From positions 42,142-106,141 of the forward strand of contig CALNZV010000019.1 in NCBI GenBank assembly GCA_942491115.1: 64,000 bases of DNA, read 5' to 3'. The notes under the pieces were generated by a model, which made no database searches, was not told where the DNA came from, and saw only the letters and a program-made list of their open reading frames with translations. This stretch comes from an uncultured Desulfobacteraceae bacterium. Its GTDB lineage: Bacteria > Desulfobacterota > Desulfobacteria > Desulfobacterales > UBA5852. The position numbers were made by a program, and so were the translations under genes. The first letter of the stretch is position 1. The number at the start of each line of letters is the position of its first letter. Positions 39,323 through 48,888 of this stretch are shown here, piece by piece.

Positions 39323-42300
39323 GTGCACCGTTGTCTATCACTCAAACCGGGTCCGAAGCCAATGATTCGCCATAACCAAGACGACCCCGGTGGGTTAACA
39401 GTACCCCACGCCGGTGGAGTACCGATGGTATTTCCGAGTGACCAGCGGATACACCGGGCCTCCGGGAGCGGGACCTCCCGAGAGACTCCCCATGGAGTGT
39501 CGACTAGAACAACGCCGGTCTACAACAGCCAGATCTTTCACATCTATGTTCGATATATGGAAAGCCATCACCCTGACGTGAACATCGACGATCTGTTGTC
39601 CCAAGCGGGAATGACCCGATTCGAAATCGAAGATCCGGCCCACTGGTTTAATCAGCACCAGGCCAACCGGTTCCACGCTGAATTAAAACGGCTCATACCC
39701 GGTGCGGATCTCCCACGGCAGGTCGGTCGTTTCACGGTTGAATCGGACAGCATGAGTGCGATCAAACGCTACCTGATCGGGATGGTCAGCCCCGCAATCG
39801 CCTACCAGTTGATCGGCAGATATTCCAAGATAGTCAGCCGGGCCACGACGGTTCAGGCCAGGAGTGAATCCAGCCATTCCGCTGAATTGACATTCACTCC
39901 GCTGCCGGGGGTTCAGGAGCAGCGAGGGCAGTGCGAAAATCGCAAAGGCCTTCTTGAATCCATCGGCAAAATACTCACCGGTCGATACGCCCAGTTGAAC
40001 CACCCGGAATGTGTTCACCAGGGGGATACCCAATGCCGTTATTTGGTCAGCTGGGAGTTCAGTCCGTCCTTTCGATTCCGGCTCTGGGCCAAACGGCTGC
40101 TTCTGGCGGTGGCCGTATCACCAATCGCATGGCTTTTCAGCCCCCTGTGGCTGTCGGTTATTGTAACGGTCCTGCCCGCTGTCGCCGCTTGTATGACCGG
40201 TGCCGTGGCCATTGTCCTTGAAGCAAGGGAGCTCAAACTACTACTGCGACAGCAGGGCCATTCGGCAAGCACCGAGATTGAAGAGGTGACCCTGCGCTAC
40301 AACGCCGCATTGCTTGCCCAGGAAATCGGACAAATCACCACCCAAATCCTGAGCAGCCGGGAAACCGCGCGCCAGGTGATGACCACAGTGAGAAAACGGT
40401 TGGATATCAGAAAAGGAGCCCTGTTTCTGACAACAACCGACGGAGATGGTTTTGAGCTGGCCTATGGATATGGGCTTCCCGATGCCGAAAGAGGGTCTGA
40501 ATCGTTCTTAGAAATGGGCGGTTTCGACACTATAGAAGCCCCTCTTCCGGAATCCCCCGAGGGAAAATCCACACTGTTGAGACCTGACGATCCCTTCTGC
40601 CGTCGGCTATCCGAGCGACTCGATATGGCCTCGCCGCTGCTCTTCCCGATCGCTCACGACAGGGAGATTCTGGGCCTGCTGGTGCTGGACGTTGGCAGCC
40701 CCAGTCGCACCGTTTCCCAAAGCGATCTGAACGTTTTGACGGCTGTCTCTACCCAATTAGGCGTTACCATCAGAAATATCCGGTATATGGAGGAGTTGAA
40801 AACCCGTGAAGCGCAACTCCGAATGGTAACGGACAATGTCGATGATATCATCTGGCAGCTCAATCCGCTGGACCGAACCTTCGAGTATGTCAGCCCATCC
40901 ATTGAACCCGTTCTGGGCTACCGGCCCGAGGAAGTGATTGGCACCGCCATTTCAGGGTATTTTTCTGATGAATCCCTCGCCTTGATAACCGATATCCTGG
41001 GGAGGCGTTCAAAGGATGATAATGATAAAAATATCCCGACCCCTATAGAGGTTGAACTGATCCAAAAAAATGGGGCCCCTCTCTGGGCCGAGGTCAATTT
41101 CGGCACCATTCGATCCCGTCGGGGGCCAGGCCCCCGGTATCTGGGAATCGCACGGGATATCACCGAAAGAAAAAAAGCAGACGCCGAGAGGCAACGACTG
41201 GAAGAGCGTCTTCAGAGAGCTGAGCGGATGGAGGCAATCGGTACCCTCGCCGGCGGCGTGGCCCACGATCTGAACAATGTGCTTTCCGGGATCGTCGGGT
41301 ATCCCGAGATGCTGCTGCTGGAGCTGCCCCCATCCAGCCCTCTGAGAGAGCCCATCGAAACCATTATGGCCTCCGGCAACAAGGCCGCTGCCATTGTTCA
41401 GGACCTTCTGACCCTGGCCCGCAGGGGGGTGGTTACCCGCCAGCAGGTCAATCTAAACCAGGTGATTCAAGATTATTTGGAAAGCCCACAGTTTCAAAAA
41501 CTCATCTCTTTCCACGACAGGGTCGTTGTCGAGACCAATCTGACTGAACCGCTTCCCGACATTTCGGGATCACCCTTTCACTTGTTCAAAGTGCTGATGA
41601 ACCTGGTGTCGAATGCCGCCGAGGCCATGCCGGAGGGCGGAAAAATCGTTATCGCCACCAATACTCACCACGGAAATGTTCCGGTTGACCGCGGAGACCG
41701 CCAGATTGGAAGGGAGTGGGTGGTGGTAAAGGTAGTAGACAACGGCATCGGTATCGCCACCGCAGATTTAAAGCGCATATTCGAGCCGTTCTATACCAAA
41801 AAAGTCATGGGCCGAAGTGGAACCGGACTGGGTATGGCAGTGGTCTGGGGAACGGTCAAAGACCACAATGGCCATATCGATGTTCGGTCCAAGGAAAATG
41901 AATACACGGAATTCACCCTCTTCCTCCCGTCGGAGAAGTCATCGACCAGCGACGCCCAGAAAAAAAGTGCCCCGACAAATTCCCAGGGTTCTGGAGAAAT
42001 GATCCTGGTGGTCGACGATCTCAAGGATCAACTGGTTCTCGCCGAAAAGATGCTCACCCTTCTTGGCTACGAGGTCCATACCGCAGGCAGCGGGGAGGAG
42101 GCTATCGAATTCGTCCGATCCCACGCACCGGACCTCCTGGTTCTTGATATGTTGATGGAACCGGGAATTGACGGCCTGGAGACCTACCGCCGCATCCTGA
42201 CCGACCGCCCAGGTCAAAAGGCCATGATTGCCAGTGGCTACGCCGCAAGCGATCGGGTGCAGGAAGCGTTGAAACTCGGGGCGGGCGGCTACATCCGAAA

Positions 42301-42370
42301 ACCCTATCGGCTGGAAACACTTGGAACGGCCGTCAAAAAAGCCCTCTCCGCACCTGGACCCGTGGCTTGA
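39323..42370 (+). CDS. Hybrid sensor histidine kinase: V4R-like N-terminal domain, TM pair, GAF, PAS, HisKA, HATPase, REC (start uncertain)
   Basis: CENRKG..HPECVHQGDTQCRY, GVAHDLNN, NLVSNA, DNGIGI, FEPFYTKK, GTGLG, LVVDD, LDMLMEPG, KPY. Confidence 0.92.
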   Translation: MHRCLSLKPGPKPMIRHNQDDPGGLTVPHAGGVPMVFPSDQRIHRASGSGTSRETPHGVSTRTTPVYNSQIFHIYVRYMESHHPDVNIDDLLSQAGMTRFEIEDPAHWFNQHQANRFHAELKRLIPGADLPRQVGRFTVESDSMSAIKRYLIGMVSPAIAYQLIGRYSKIVSRATTVQARSESSHSAELTFTPLPGVQEQRGQCENRKGLLESIGKILTGRYAQLNHPECVHQGDTQCRYLVSWEFSPSFRFRLWAKRLLLAVAVSPIAWLFSPLWLSVIVTVLPAVAACMTGAVAIVLEARELKLLLRQQGHSASTEIEEVTLRYNAALLAQEIGQITTQILSSRETARQVMTTVRKRLDIRKGALFLTTTDGDGFELAYGYGLPDAERGSESFLEMGGFDTIEAPLPESPEGKSTLLRPDDPFCRRLSERLDMASPLLFPIAHDREILGLLVLDVGSPSRTVSQSDLNVLTAVSTQLGVTIRNIRYMEELKTREAQLRMVTDNVDDIIWQLNPLDRTFEYVSPSIEPVLGYRPEEVIGTAISGYFSDESLALITDILGRRSKDDNDKNIPTPIEVELIQKNGAPLWAEVNFGTIRSRRGPGPRYLGIARDITERKKADAERQRLEERLQRAERMEAIGTLAGGVAHDLNNVLSGIVGYPEMLLLELPPSSPLREPIETIMASGNKAAAIVQDLLTLARRGVVTRQQVNLNQVIQDYLESPQFQKLISFHDRVVVETNLTEPLPDISGSPFHLFKVLMNLVSNAAEAMPEGGKIVIATNTHHGNVPVDRGDRQIGREWVVVKVVDNGIGIATADLKRIFEPFYTKKVMGRSGTGLGMAVVWGTVKDHNGHIDVRSKENEYTEFTLFLPSEKSSTSDAQKKSAPTNSQGSGEMILVVDDLKDQLVLAEKMLTLLGYEVHTAGSGEEAIEFVRSHAPDLLVLDMLMEPGIDGLETYRRILTDRPGQKAMIASGYAASDRVQEALKLGAGGYIRKPYRLETLGTAVKKALSAPGPVA

Positions 42371-42453
42371 AATGAGGGGCTCTTGCATGACAGTGATGAC
42401 CCATTGACACCTCCGACCTCGATGCTGCAACTACCGCAAGGAGATCCACCAAC

Positions 42454-43938
42454 ATGATCACGCTGACATCAGCATCAGTTCATCGATTACAGACCGATCT
42501 AATGATCATACCGGTTTGGGAGTCCCCGGTCGGTCACTGGAATCCACAGATTACCGACTGGATCCAGCGGGCAGTGGCACTCTCGGAATTTACTGCAAAA
42601 CCCGGCGATACCCAGATTCGCTTCGATATCGATGGGACTCGAACGCCCCGTGTCGCCTTTTTGGGACTGGGAAAACCCGACGCGTCCCCAACCGAAAGTC
42701 TAAGACGGATGGCCGGCAAGGGGGTAAAAGAGGGGATCGACCGGCGATTGTCTGATCTGGTCATCGTCATGCCGGACATGGAATCGGTCGGGATTTCGGA
42801 AACCCTTGTTGTGGAAGCCATCGCCGAAGGGGCACTTCTGTCCAATACCGTTTCGGATCGATATAAAACCGCTACCGACGGACCGGCACCGGTTAAATCC
42901 ATTCGAATCCTGCTCCAATCCACAAAACGATCCGCCTATAAACCGATCGTCGCCCGGGTTCAAAACATTTGTGCCGCGACGCTTCACGCCAGGGACTGGG
43001 TCAATACGCCCTCCAATCATAAACGGCCGAAATCTCTGGCAGACATCATCTGCCGTACCGCTGAAGGCAGCGGTCTAAAGACCGCGATTCTGACCCGGGA
43101 GCAGCTTCGCCGGCAGAAAATGGGGGCCCTGTTAGCCGTCGGGGCCGGCAGCGACAGTCAGCCGGTGCTCGTCACGATGGAGCATCGCCCGAAGAAGGCC
43201 ACCAAGACCGTTGCCCTTATTGGCAAAGGAATCACTTTCGACACGGGTGGCTATAATATCAAGCCGACCGGCTCCATGGAATCGATGAAAGTCGATATGG
43301 CCGGGGCCGCCGCCGTTGCCGCCACGATGTTGGCAGCGCCGGCGTTAAAGCTCAATGTTCGCCTTGTCGGGTTGCTGCCCATCGCCGAGAACATGGTGTC
43401 CGGTCAGGCCTACCGACCCGGTGACGTCGTGAATACCCACTCGGGGAAAACGGTTGAAATCGGCAATACCGATGCCGAAGGGCGGTTGATTCTTGCGGAT
43501 GCCATTTCCTTCGCCGTCAAACGGTTTTCACCGGACCTGATCATCGATGTGGCGACATTGACGGGTGCATGCGTCGTGGCATTGGGAGAATCCATTGCCG
43601 GCGTTTTTTCACCGGACGATAGGCTTAGGGATGCCATTCGGAAGGCCGGAGAGGCCGTCAACGAACCCTGCTGGCCCTTGCCGATGCCCGATGAGTACCG
43701 GGAATTGTTGAAAAGCGAAATTGCGGACCTCAGAAACATCGGATCCACGCGCTGGGGAGGGGCCATCCTGGCGGCCATTTTCCTTTCCGAATTCGTCGGA
43801 ACCACCCGGTGGGCCCACATCGACATTGCCGGACCGGCCTCAGCCAAAAAAGCCTCGGCCTATTGCGAATCGGGAGCCACCGGTTTCGGCGTCCGACTGC
43901 TGTGCCGAATGTTGGAAGACATGGCCGATGGGATCTAA
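42454..43938 (+). CDS. pepA: Leucyl aminopeptidase (M17)
   Basis: IGKGITFDTGG, MKVDMAGAA, NTDAEGRLILADA, ATLTGA, WAHIDIAG. Confidence 0.96.
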   Translation: MITLTSASVHRLQTDLMIIPVWESPVGHWNPQITDWIQRAVALSEFTAKPGDTQIRFDIDGTRTPRVAFLGLGKPDASPTESLRRMAGKGVKEGIDRRLSDLVIVMPDMESVGISETLVVEAIAEGALLSNTVSDRYKTATDGPAPVKSIRILLQSTKRSAYKPIVARVQNICAATLHARDWVNTPSNHKRPKSLADIICRTAEGSGLKTAILTREQLRRQKMGALLAVGAGSDSQPVLVTMEHRPKKATKTVALIGKGITFDTGGYNIKPTGSMESMKVDMAGAAAVAATMLAAPALKLNVRLVGLLPIAENMVSGQAYRPGDVVNTHSGKTVEIGNTDAEGRLILADAISFAVKRFSPDLIIDVATLTGACVVALGESIAGVFSPDDRLRDAIRKAGEAVNEPCWPLPMPDEYRELLKSEIADLRNIGSTRWGGAILAAIFLSEFVGTTRWAHIDIAGPASAKKASAYCESGATGFGVRLLCRMLEDMADGI

Positions 43939-44248
43939 CCCGGATATGTCAGGTGTTGGCGGCGTTCATCGGCCAGGCATTCAAGGGCGCCGCCGACCGT
44001 TGGTACAGAAAGCCCTTGATGACGCCGCATATGGAAGCCTCCGACGCGCCCCCAGGGGGACTATTTTTGGGGGTTTTTGCCATTCCGCCGGGGGACAAAC
44101 GGCTTCCGGGGTCCTGCTACCGAAACAGGCGCTAACCATAAGATATCATATATCATTTTGACATTTAGAAAAAATTTTCATGACATATTCGGGCTAAAGG
44201 GGCGGATTCAAGCGGTCATGCATCAATACCGGGGAGAACGCACCCGCT

Positions 44249-44797
44249 TTACCTCAGAAGGTAGGATTTGGGGCCGAAGGGAACCGGATGATAGTCCTCT
44301 TCGGTGATCTCTGGCTCGACCTCAGGCGTCATCAAAACCACCTCCGGTTCAATATCCGCAATGGACTCAACGACGGATTCGGGCCCCTTCGACTGACGGG
44401 ACGACGGCTCCTGCCGCTGGTATCTGGCCAGAAACGTTTTGGGCAAAGGGGATCGATTGGTGACCAGACGGACGGGAATCAGCACTTTGTCTCCCACGAC
44501 GACCCGCGAATTCACCAGCCACGGGGTCGCCTCGACCAGAGCCGGCCAGTTCCGATAATCCCCTGTATACCATTTGGCAATAATGGAGAGGGTTTCACCT
44601 GGCCACCGTATCTGGTGGATCAAGTGGGGGCTATTTTTCGTCGACGATTTACCGGTCGTGGTGCCAGCAAGGGGAGCCGCAGGTACCGCCTCCGGCGGCG
44701 AGAGTTTTGGTTTGAGCATCGAACAGCCGACCATCACCGATAGGAGCGCAGCGGTGACAAGAAGACGGCACGTTCGGATCTCTGCTTTCCCGGTCAT
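44249..44797 (-). CDS. Small lipoprotein with LysM-like domain and Pro/Glu-rich tail
   Basis: Lipobox MVGC; PGETLSIIAKWYTGDYRNW..VVVGDKVLIP. Confidence 0.8.
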   Translation of the reverse strand: MTGKAEIRTCRLLVTAALLSVMVGCSMLKPKLSPPEAVPAAPLAGTTTGKSSTKNSPHLIHQIRWPGETLSIIAKWYTGDYRNWPALVEATPWLVNSRVVVGDKVLIPVRLVTNRSPLPKTFLARYQRQEPSSRQSKGPESVVESIADIEPEVVLMTPEVEPEITEEDYHPVPFGPKSYLLR

Positions 44798-46560
44798 TTG
44801 GGCGCCTTATCCTCGCCGCGAAGCCGGTGAAGGTAGGTCACGGCTTGACGATTATTCGGATTGACCTCGACGGCGAGGGCCAACTGACGGATGGCCATTT
44901 CTCGCTTTCCACGTTTTTCCTGCACCATTGCCAAGTTATACAGGGCTTCGTCCAGATAGGGAGGTGCCATCTCCACCACCTGGAGATAGCGCTTCTCTGC
45001 TTCGGGGAGTTGCCCGGATTCCGCATATGCATAGGCCAAATTGAAAACAGCGTTATGCAGGCTGGGATGATTATCGACAACTTGAGAAAAAACCTCAATA
45101 GCTTGAGGGTAGGACTCCAGACGAACGTAGGCATAGCCGAGATTGAAAAGCAGTTGTGGGTCGTCGGGCGCCATCAACAGGCCTTGCTTCAAGATATCGA
45201 CCGCTGCGGAGGGATTCGATTCCAGAAGCTCCGAGGCCTGCTCCAGAACAAGTGAAATGCTTGCCTTCTCTTGATCACTTGCGGTTTCTTGGGACTCTGA
45301 AAGGGTCTGTCTGCGGTCGCCAGCAGGCTTGATGTCTTCCACTGTACCCCGGATCGCATAGGCGCTGGGGCTATCACCTACAGAATAACTGGTTAGCCGT
45401 TTCGACACGACCATGAACAATCCGATACCGATCGCCAGGCAAACCACCATCACCGGCAGATAGCGACCCCTAAACCGACGGTGCCACTCCTCGACAACAC
45501 CCGGCGACACCATGGTCACCGTACGACCGGCCTCGTCGCGAGCCCTGTCCGACATCAGGGCGATGGAGGCGGCGGTATCGGAACTGACAGACGTTTTTAG
45601 GGGCATCATCAGCGAGAGCGCGCGGTCTTCCTCTCGCTTCGTTTCGTCGAACTGGCTTCGAACGAACTGCCCCAACTGACGGGTGTCGGAGCGCTCCGGC
45701 AGCGCTTCGATACAGTTTTCCAAATCGGAAAGCATCTCTCCACAGTCCGGATAACGGTCCTCCGGGTTCCGGGCCAGAGCCCGATCCATCACTGGGTGGA
45801 GCCCCGGGGGCAATCCGGGTGTCGTAACCGCCGCCGACACATACCGAGCGGTTCTGACCTGCTCAAGGATCTCCAGAGGATTGCCCTGGAACATCCGTTT
45901 TCCCGTCACCAGTTCATAAAGCAGGACCCCCAGGGCAAAAACATCCGACCGCCTGTCCACCGGTTTCCCCGTGGCCTGCTCCGGTGACATATAGGCTGCC
46001 TTGCCCTTGATGACACCGGATTGGGTACAGGAACTCCTGCCGGCGGCCTTGGCGATACCGAAATCCAGAATTTTTACCAACCCTGAATAGCCAATGAACA
46101 CATTTTGAGGGTTCACGTCCCGGTGGACGATTTGCAAACCCTGCCCCTTGTAGTCGGTCAGGTTGTGGGCGTAGTCGAGGCCTGCACAGATCCGTGAAAT
46201 CACGTGAAGGGCGTGCTTCAGCGCCAGAGGCATGCCGTTTTGACGACAGCAGTCCATGACCTGTCGAAGATCTTTGCCAACCAGATATTCCATGGCCATA
46301 AAGTACCGGTTCCCCATGCAGCCGAAATCATAAATCTGAACAATATTTTCATGCTGAAGAAATGCGGCCAGTTTGGCCTCGTCGATGAACGACTCGACCA
46401 CTTCCGGTTGGGCACAGAACTGGGGAAGAATGCACTTGATGGCCACCAGCTTTTCAAACCCCTGGTCGCCGGTAATTTTCCCTAAGAACAACTCTGCCAT
46501 ACCGCCGACGGCAATCCGTTCCAACAACTGGTATTTCCCGAACTGGGTGATTTGATCCAT
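44794..46560 (-). CDS. Hanks-type Ser/Thr protein kinase with TM helix and C-terminal TPR repeats
   Basis: IAVGGMAELF, VAIK, HRDVNPQN, DFG, GKAAYMSPE, DVFALG; TM YLPVMVVCLAIGIGLFMVVS; TPRs FNLGYAY, FNLAYAY, YNLAMVQ. Confidence 0.95.
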   Translation of the reverse strand: MDQITQFGKYQLLERIAVGGMAELFLGKITGDQGFEKLVAIKCILPQFCAQPEVVESFIDEAKLAAFLQHENIVQIYDFGCMGNRYFMAMEYLVGKDLRQVMDCCRQNGMPLALKHALHVISRICAGLDYAHNLTDYKGQGLQIVHRDVNPQNVFIGYSGLVKILDFGIAKAAGRSSCTQSGVIKGKAAYMSPEQATGKPVDRRSDVFALGVLLYELVTGKRMFQGNPLEILEQVRTARYVSAAVTTPGLPPGLHPVMDRALARNPEDRYPDCGEMLSDLENCIEALPERSDTRQLGQFVRSQFDETKREEDRALSLMMPLKTSVSSDTAASIALMSDRARDEAGRTVTMVSPGVVEEWHRRFRGRYLPVMVVCLAIGIGLFMVVSKRLTSYSVGDSPSAYAIRGTVEDIKPAGDRRQTLSESQETASDQEKASISLVLEQASELLESNPSAAVDILKQGLLMAPDDPQLLFNLGYAYVRLESYPQAIEVFSQVVDNHPSLHNAVFNLAYAYAESGQLPEAEKRYLQVVEMAPPYLDEALYNLAMVQEKRGKREMAIRQLALAVEVNPNNRQAVTYLHRLRGEDKAPK

Positions 46561-46759
46561 AATCAGGCACCGGATCCGTCGAAGGCAGTTTGCGAAAATT
46601 TAAAGTATATCAGAGGGGTTAAAGCACGTCAAGCCGACGGCGCCCGCCATTGGTTCGACATCGGCCGGGAGCGACGATTCTCCGGTAGAATGGCCTTTTC
46701 AGCGCTGATACGGGTTTAAAAAAGCAGGCGGGCGGGCCGGGGGGATGTCATCGGGCCGG

Positions 46760-47869
46760 TCACGGAACCGGGGCGGCAGGTTGTTTTTTCTTCAGCGCCC
46801 TTAAGAGCTCTTTGGCTTCCCTGATGCTGGAGGCGGCTTTGGAATGGTCCGGATTGTAAACCATTGCTTTTTCCCATTCCTGAATCGCCAATTCCAGCTC
46901 TTCGTCAATAAAGTACTTGACCCCCAACCGATAGAACTCCTCGGCCATGCCATCCATCATCGTCTCGAGACTGTCCATGGAAGACTTGAGATCGGGCCAA
47001 CCGGCATCGATTTTTCTTAACAGCGACATGGCCTCTGGGTAACGTTTTTGAAACCGCAAGCGCTTGGCCTCTTCAAAAAGCGAAGCGTGGTAGATCCATG
47101 CGGCCTCGGTATTCAAAGGGCTCGCCTCCAATAGATGACCCGCAGCCTCGGCTGCGGCCTCATAGCTGCCGTCCTCAAAGAGCCGGCGAGCGCTTTGGAG
47201 GTCATCCTCAGTAACGGTTTTCTTTGGGGATTTCGGTAATGTAGGTATCCGACGGGTCCTTGGGACCCGAGGTGGCGTCTCAGGGGACGACGGCAGTTCC
47301 ATTCTCGGGATCCGAAGCAGGGTACCCGGTGTCGGTTGCACCGATGGATCCAAATCATTGAATCTGGCGATAAGGACGGCCTTCTTTCCGTCACCATAGT
47401 AGCGTTGCGCCAAAGACTCGAGGGTTTCCGCGGAACCGATGACATGATCGTCATAACGCGGTTCTTCGGCGATTCGATACAAATATGACAAGGCTTGCTT
47501 GTGCTCTGAGTTGATGCGCAGCGCCGTCAGAAATTCACGACGGGCAGTGGTTGTATCTCCCTTTTCCGATGCCAAGACCCCACGTTGGAAGTGCCGGTCG
47601 GACTGCAGGAGAACTTGATCCTTCAAACGACCGATGTTGGCGGAGGAATCGGGATCGACCGGATCGAGAGACCCGATGACACTCCAGGTCAGCAAGGCTG
47701 CCTCCAAATCGCCTTCGCGCTCGAATGCAGCAGCGTTCTCGCGGTATGCGGTGAGGGTCTCCGGATCCGCATGCCATGACGATACCGGTACGTTTTGGAG
47801 ATTCGCACATCCGGCCCAAAGGAGGCCCGCAAGGGTGGCTGCAGCTATAAGGCGCAGTGGAAGACTCAT
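46760..47869 (-). CDS. Lipoprotein with TPR - LysM - TPR architecture
   Basis: Lipobox WAGC; TPRs HFQRGVLA, FYRLGVKYF; LysM AETLESLAQRYYGD..IARFN..PGTLLRIP. Confidence 0.88.
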   Translation of the reverse strand: MSLPLRLIAAATLAGLLWAGCANLQNVPVSSWHADPETLTAYRENAAAFEREGDLEAALLTWSVIGSLDPVDPDSSANIGRLKDQVLLQSDRHFQRGVLASEKGDTTTARREFLTALRINSEHKQALSYLYRIAEEPRYDDHVIGSAETLESLAQRYYGDGKKAVLIARFNDLDPSVQPTPGTLLRIPRMELPSSPETPPRVPRTRRIPTLPKSPKKTVTEDDLQSARRLFEDGSYEAAAEAAGHLLEASPLNTEAAWIYHASLFEEAKRLRFQKRYPEAMSLLRKIDAGWPDLKSSMDSLETMMDGMAEEFYRLGVKYFIDEELELAIQEWEKAMVYNPDHSKAASSIREAKELLRALKKKQPAAPVP

Positions 47870-48888
47870 TCAGAATCGATCGGTTTGAATGTCTTGATCA
47901 GGTTAAGAAATTCACCGACCTCCATGGTGGGTGTCACGATGGTTCGTCCCAGTCGATACCGGTCTCTGAAAAACGGGGGTGGCCTGCCGTCGGTCGTGAA
48001 AGCGGCCTCGTACCCGGTTTTTTCGGCAAAAGCCGCCGATAACGATGACCCGGCACCGGACGGGTAGGACAGAAAACGACACGGCCTGCCGATGTTCTCC
48101 TCGATGGCGGTTTTGGATCCAACCAACTCCAGTTCAAGGTTGACCAGATACGTCTCAAATGCTTCGCCCGGTTCCGGATTGGCGAATGTCAAACGGCTCC
48201 GACCCCGACTTTGAATGTCAACCCCATTGGCCGACAGTTCTGAGAGCTGTTCCCAGGTCAGATGACCTTCCGAACCGACGCGATCGGTCTGAACGAACAA
48301 GGAAACAGGATAGCCGAACTGCCGAATGACAGGATAGGTATGCATAAAAAAACCAGCGTGGGGATCATCGAAGGTAATGACGAGTGACCGGCTGGGAAGC
48401 CTGGTTTCGAATTCTAGAAATTTCAGCAACTGGGGAAGAGAAATGACCGTGTAGTCAAAGGTTCGAAGGGCGGACATCTGCCGTCGAAATTGGTCTTTCA
48501 GACGGCTGTCAGCCAGCGGATCCGACACCTCCGGCCATGAATAGACAAATATGGGCACCAACTGATAGCCGTTTTCTACCACCCCGCCCATTCGGTAGGG
48601 TCTGAGAGGAATCAAAAGGGTCTGTCCCGGCGTCAGTACCTGTGCCCGATTGAACTCTTTGACAAACCATGACAGGGACGGGTCTTTCAGGTAGCGAAGG
48701 GCAATGGAGGAGAAGGTGTCGCCCTCCTCCACCTTGGCGATCAGAAAATCAGACGGCGGTGTCACTTCCCGGGGCATCATGCAGGCCGTCAGCCAGATGC
48801 ACGCCCCCAGAATTGTTGCCGTCATTAGTGGACGATAGAGCAATCTCCACCTCTCTGCCGGCAGGCGATCATCGCAGGGTGAGGGCAC
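47866..48888 (-). CDS. Lipoprotein with LysM and a NodB/PgaB-like polysaccharide deacetylase domain lacking the metal-binding His residues
   Basis: Lipobox LTAC; GDTFSSIALRYLKD..FN..PGQTLLIP; ITFDDP, LTWEQLSEL, IQSRGRSR, LSYPSG. Confidence 0.88.
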   Translation of the reverse strand: MPSPCDDRLPAERWRLLYRPLMTATILGACIWLTACMMPREVTPPSDFLIAKVEEGDTFSSIALRYLKDPSLSWFVKEFNRAQVLTPGQTLLIPLRPYRMGGVVENGYQLVPIFVYSWPEVSDPLADSRLKDQFRRQMSALRTFDYTVISLPQLLKFLEFETRLPSRSLVITFDDPHAGFFMHTYPVIRQFGYPVSLFVQTDRVGSEGHLTWEQLSELSANGVDIQSRGRSRLTFANPEPGEAFETYLVNLELELVGSKTAIEENIGRPCRFLSYPSGAGSSLSAAFAEKTGYEAAFTTDGRPPPFFRDRYRLGRTIVTPTMEVGEFLNLIKTFKPIDSE

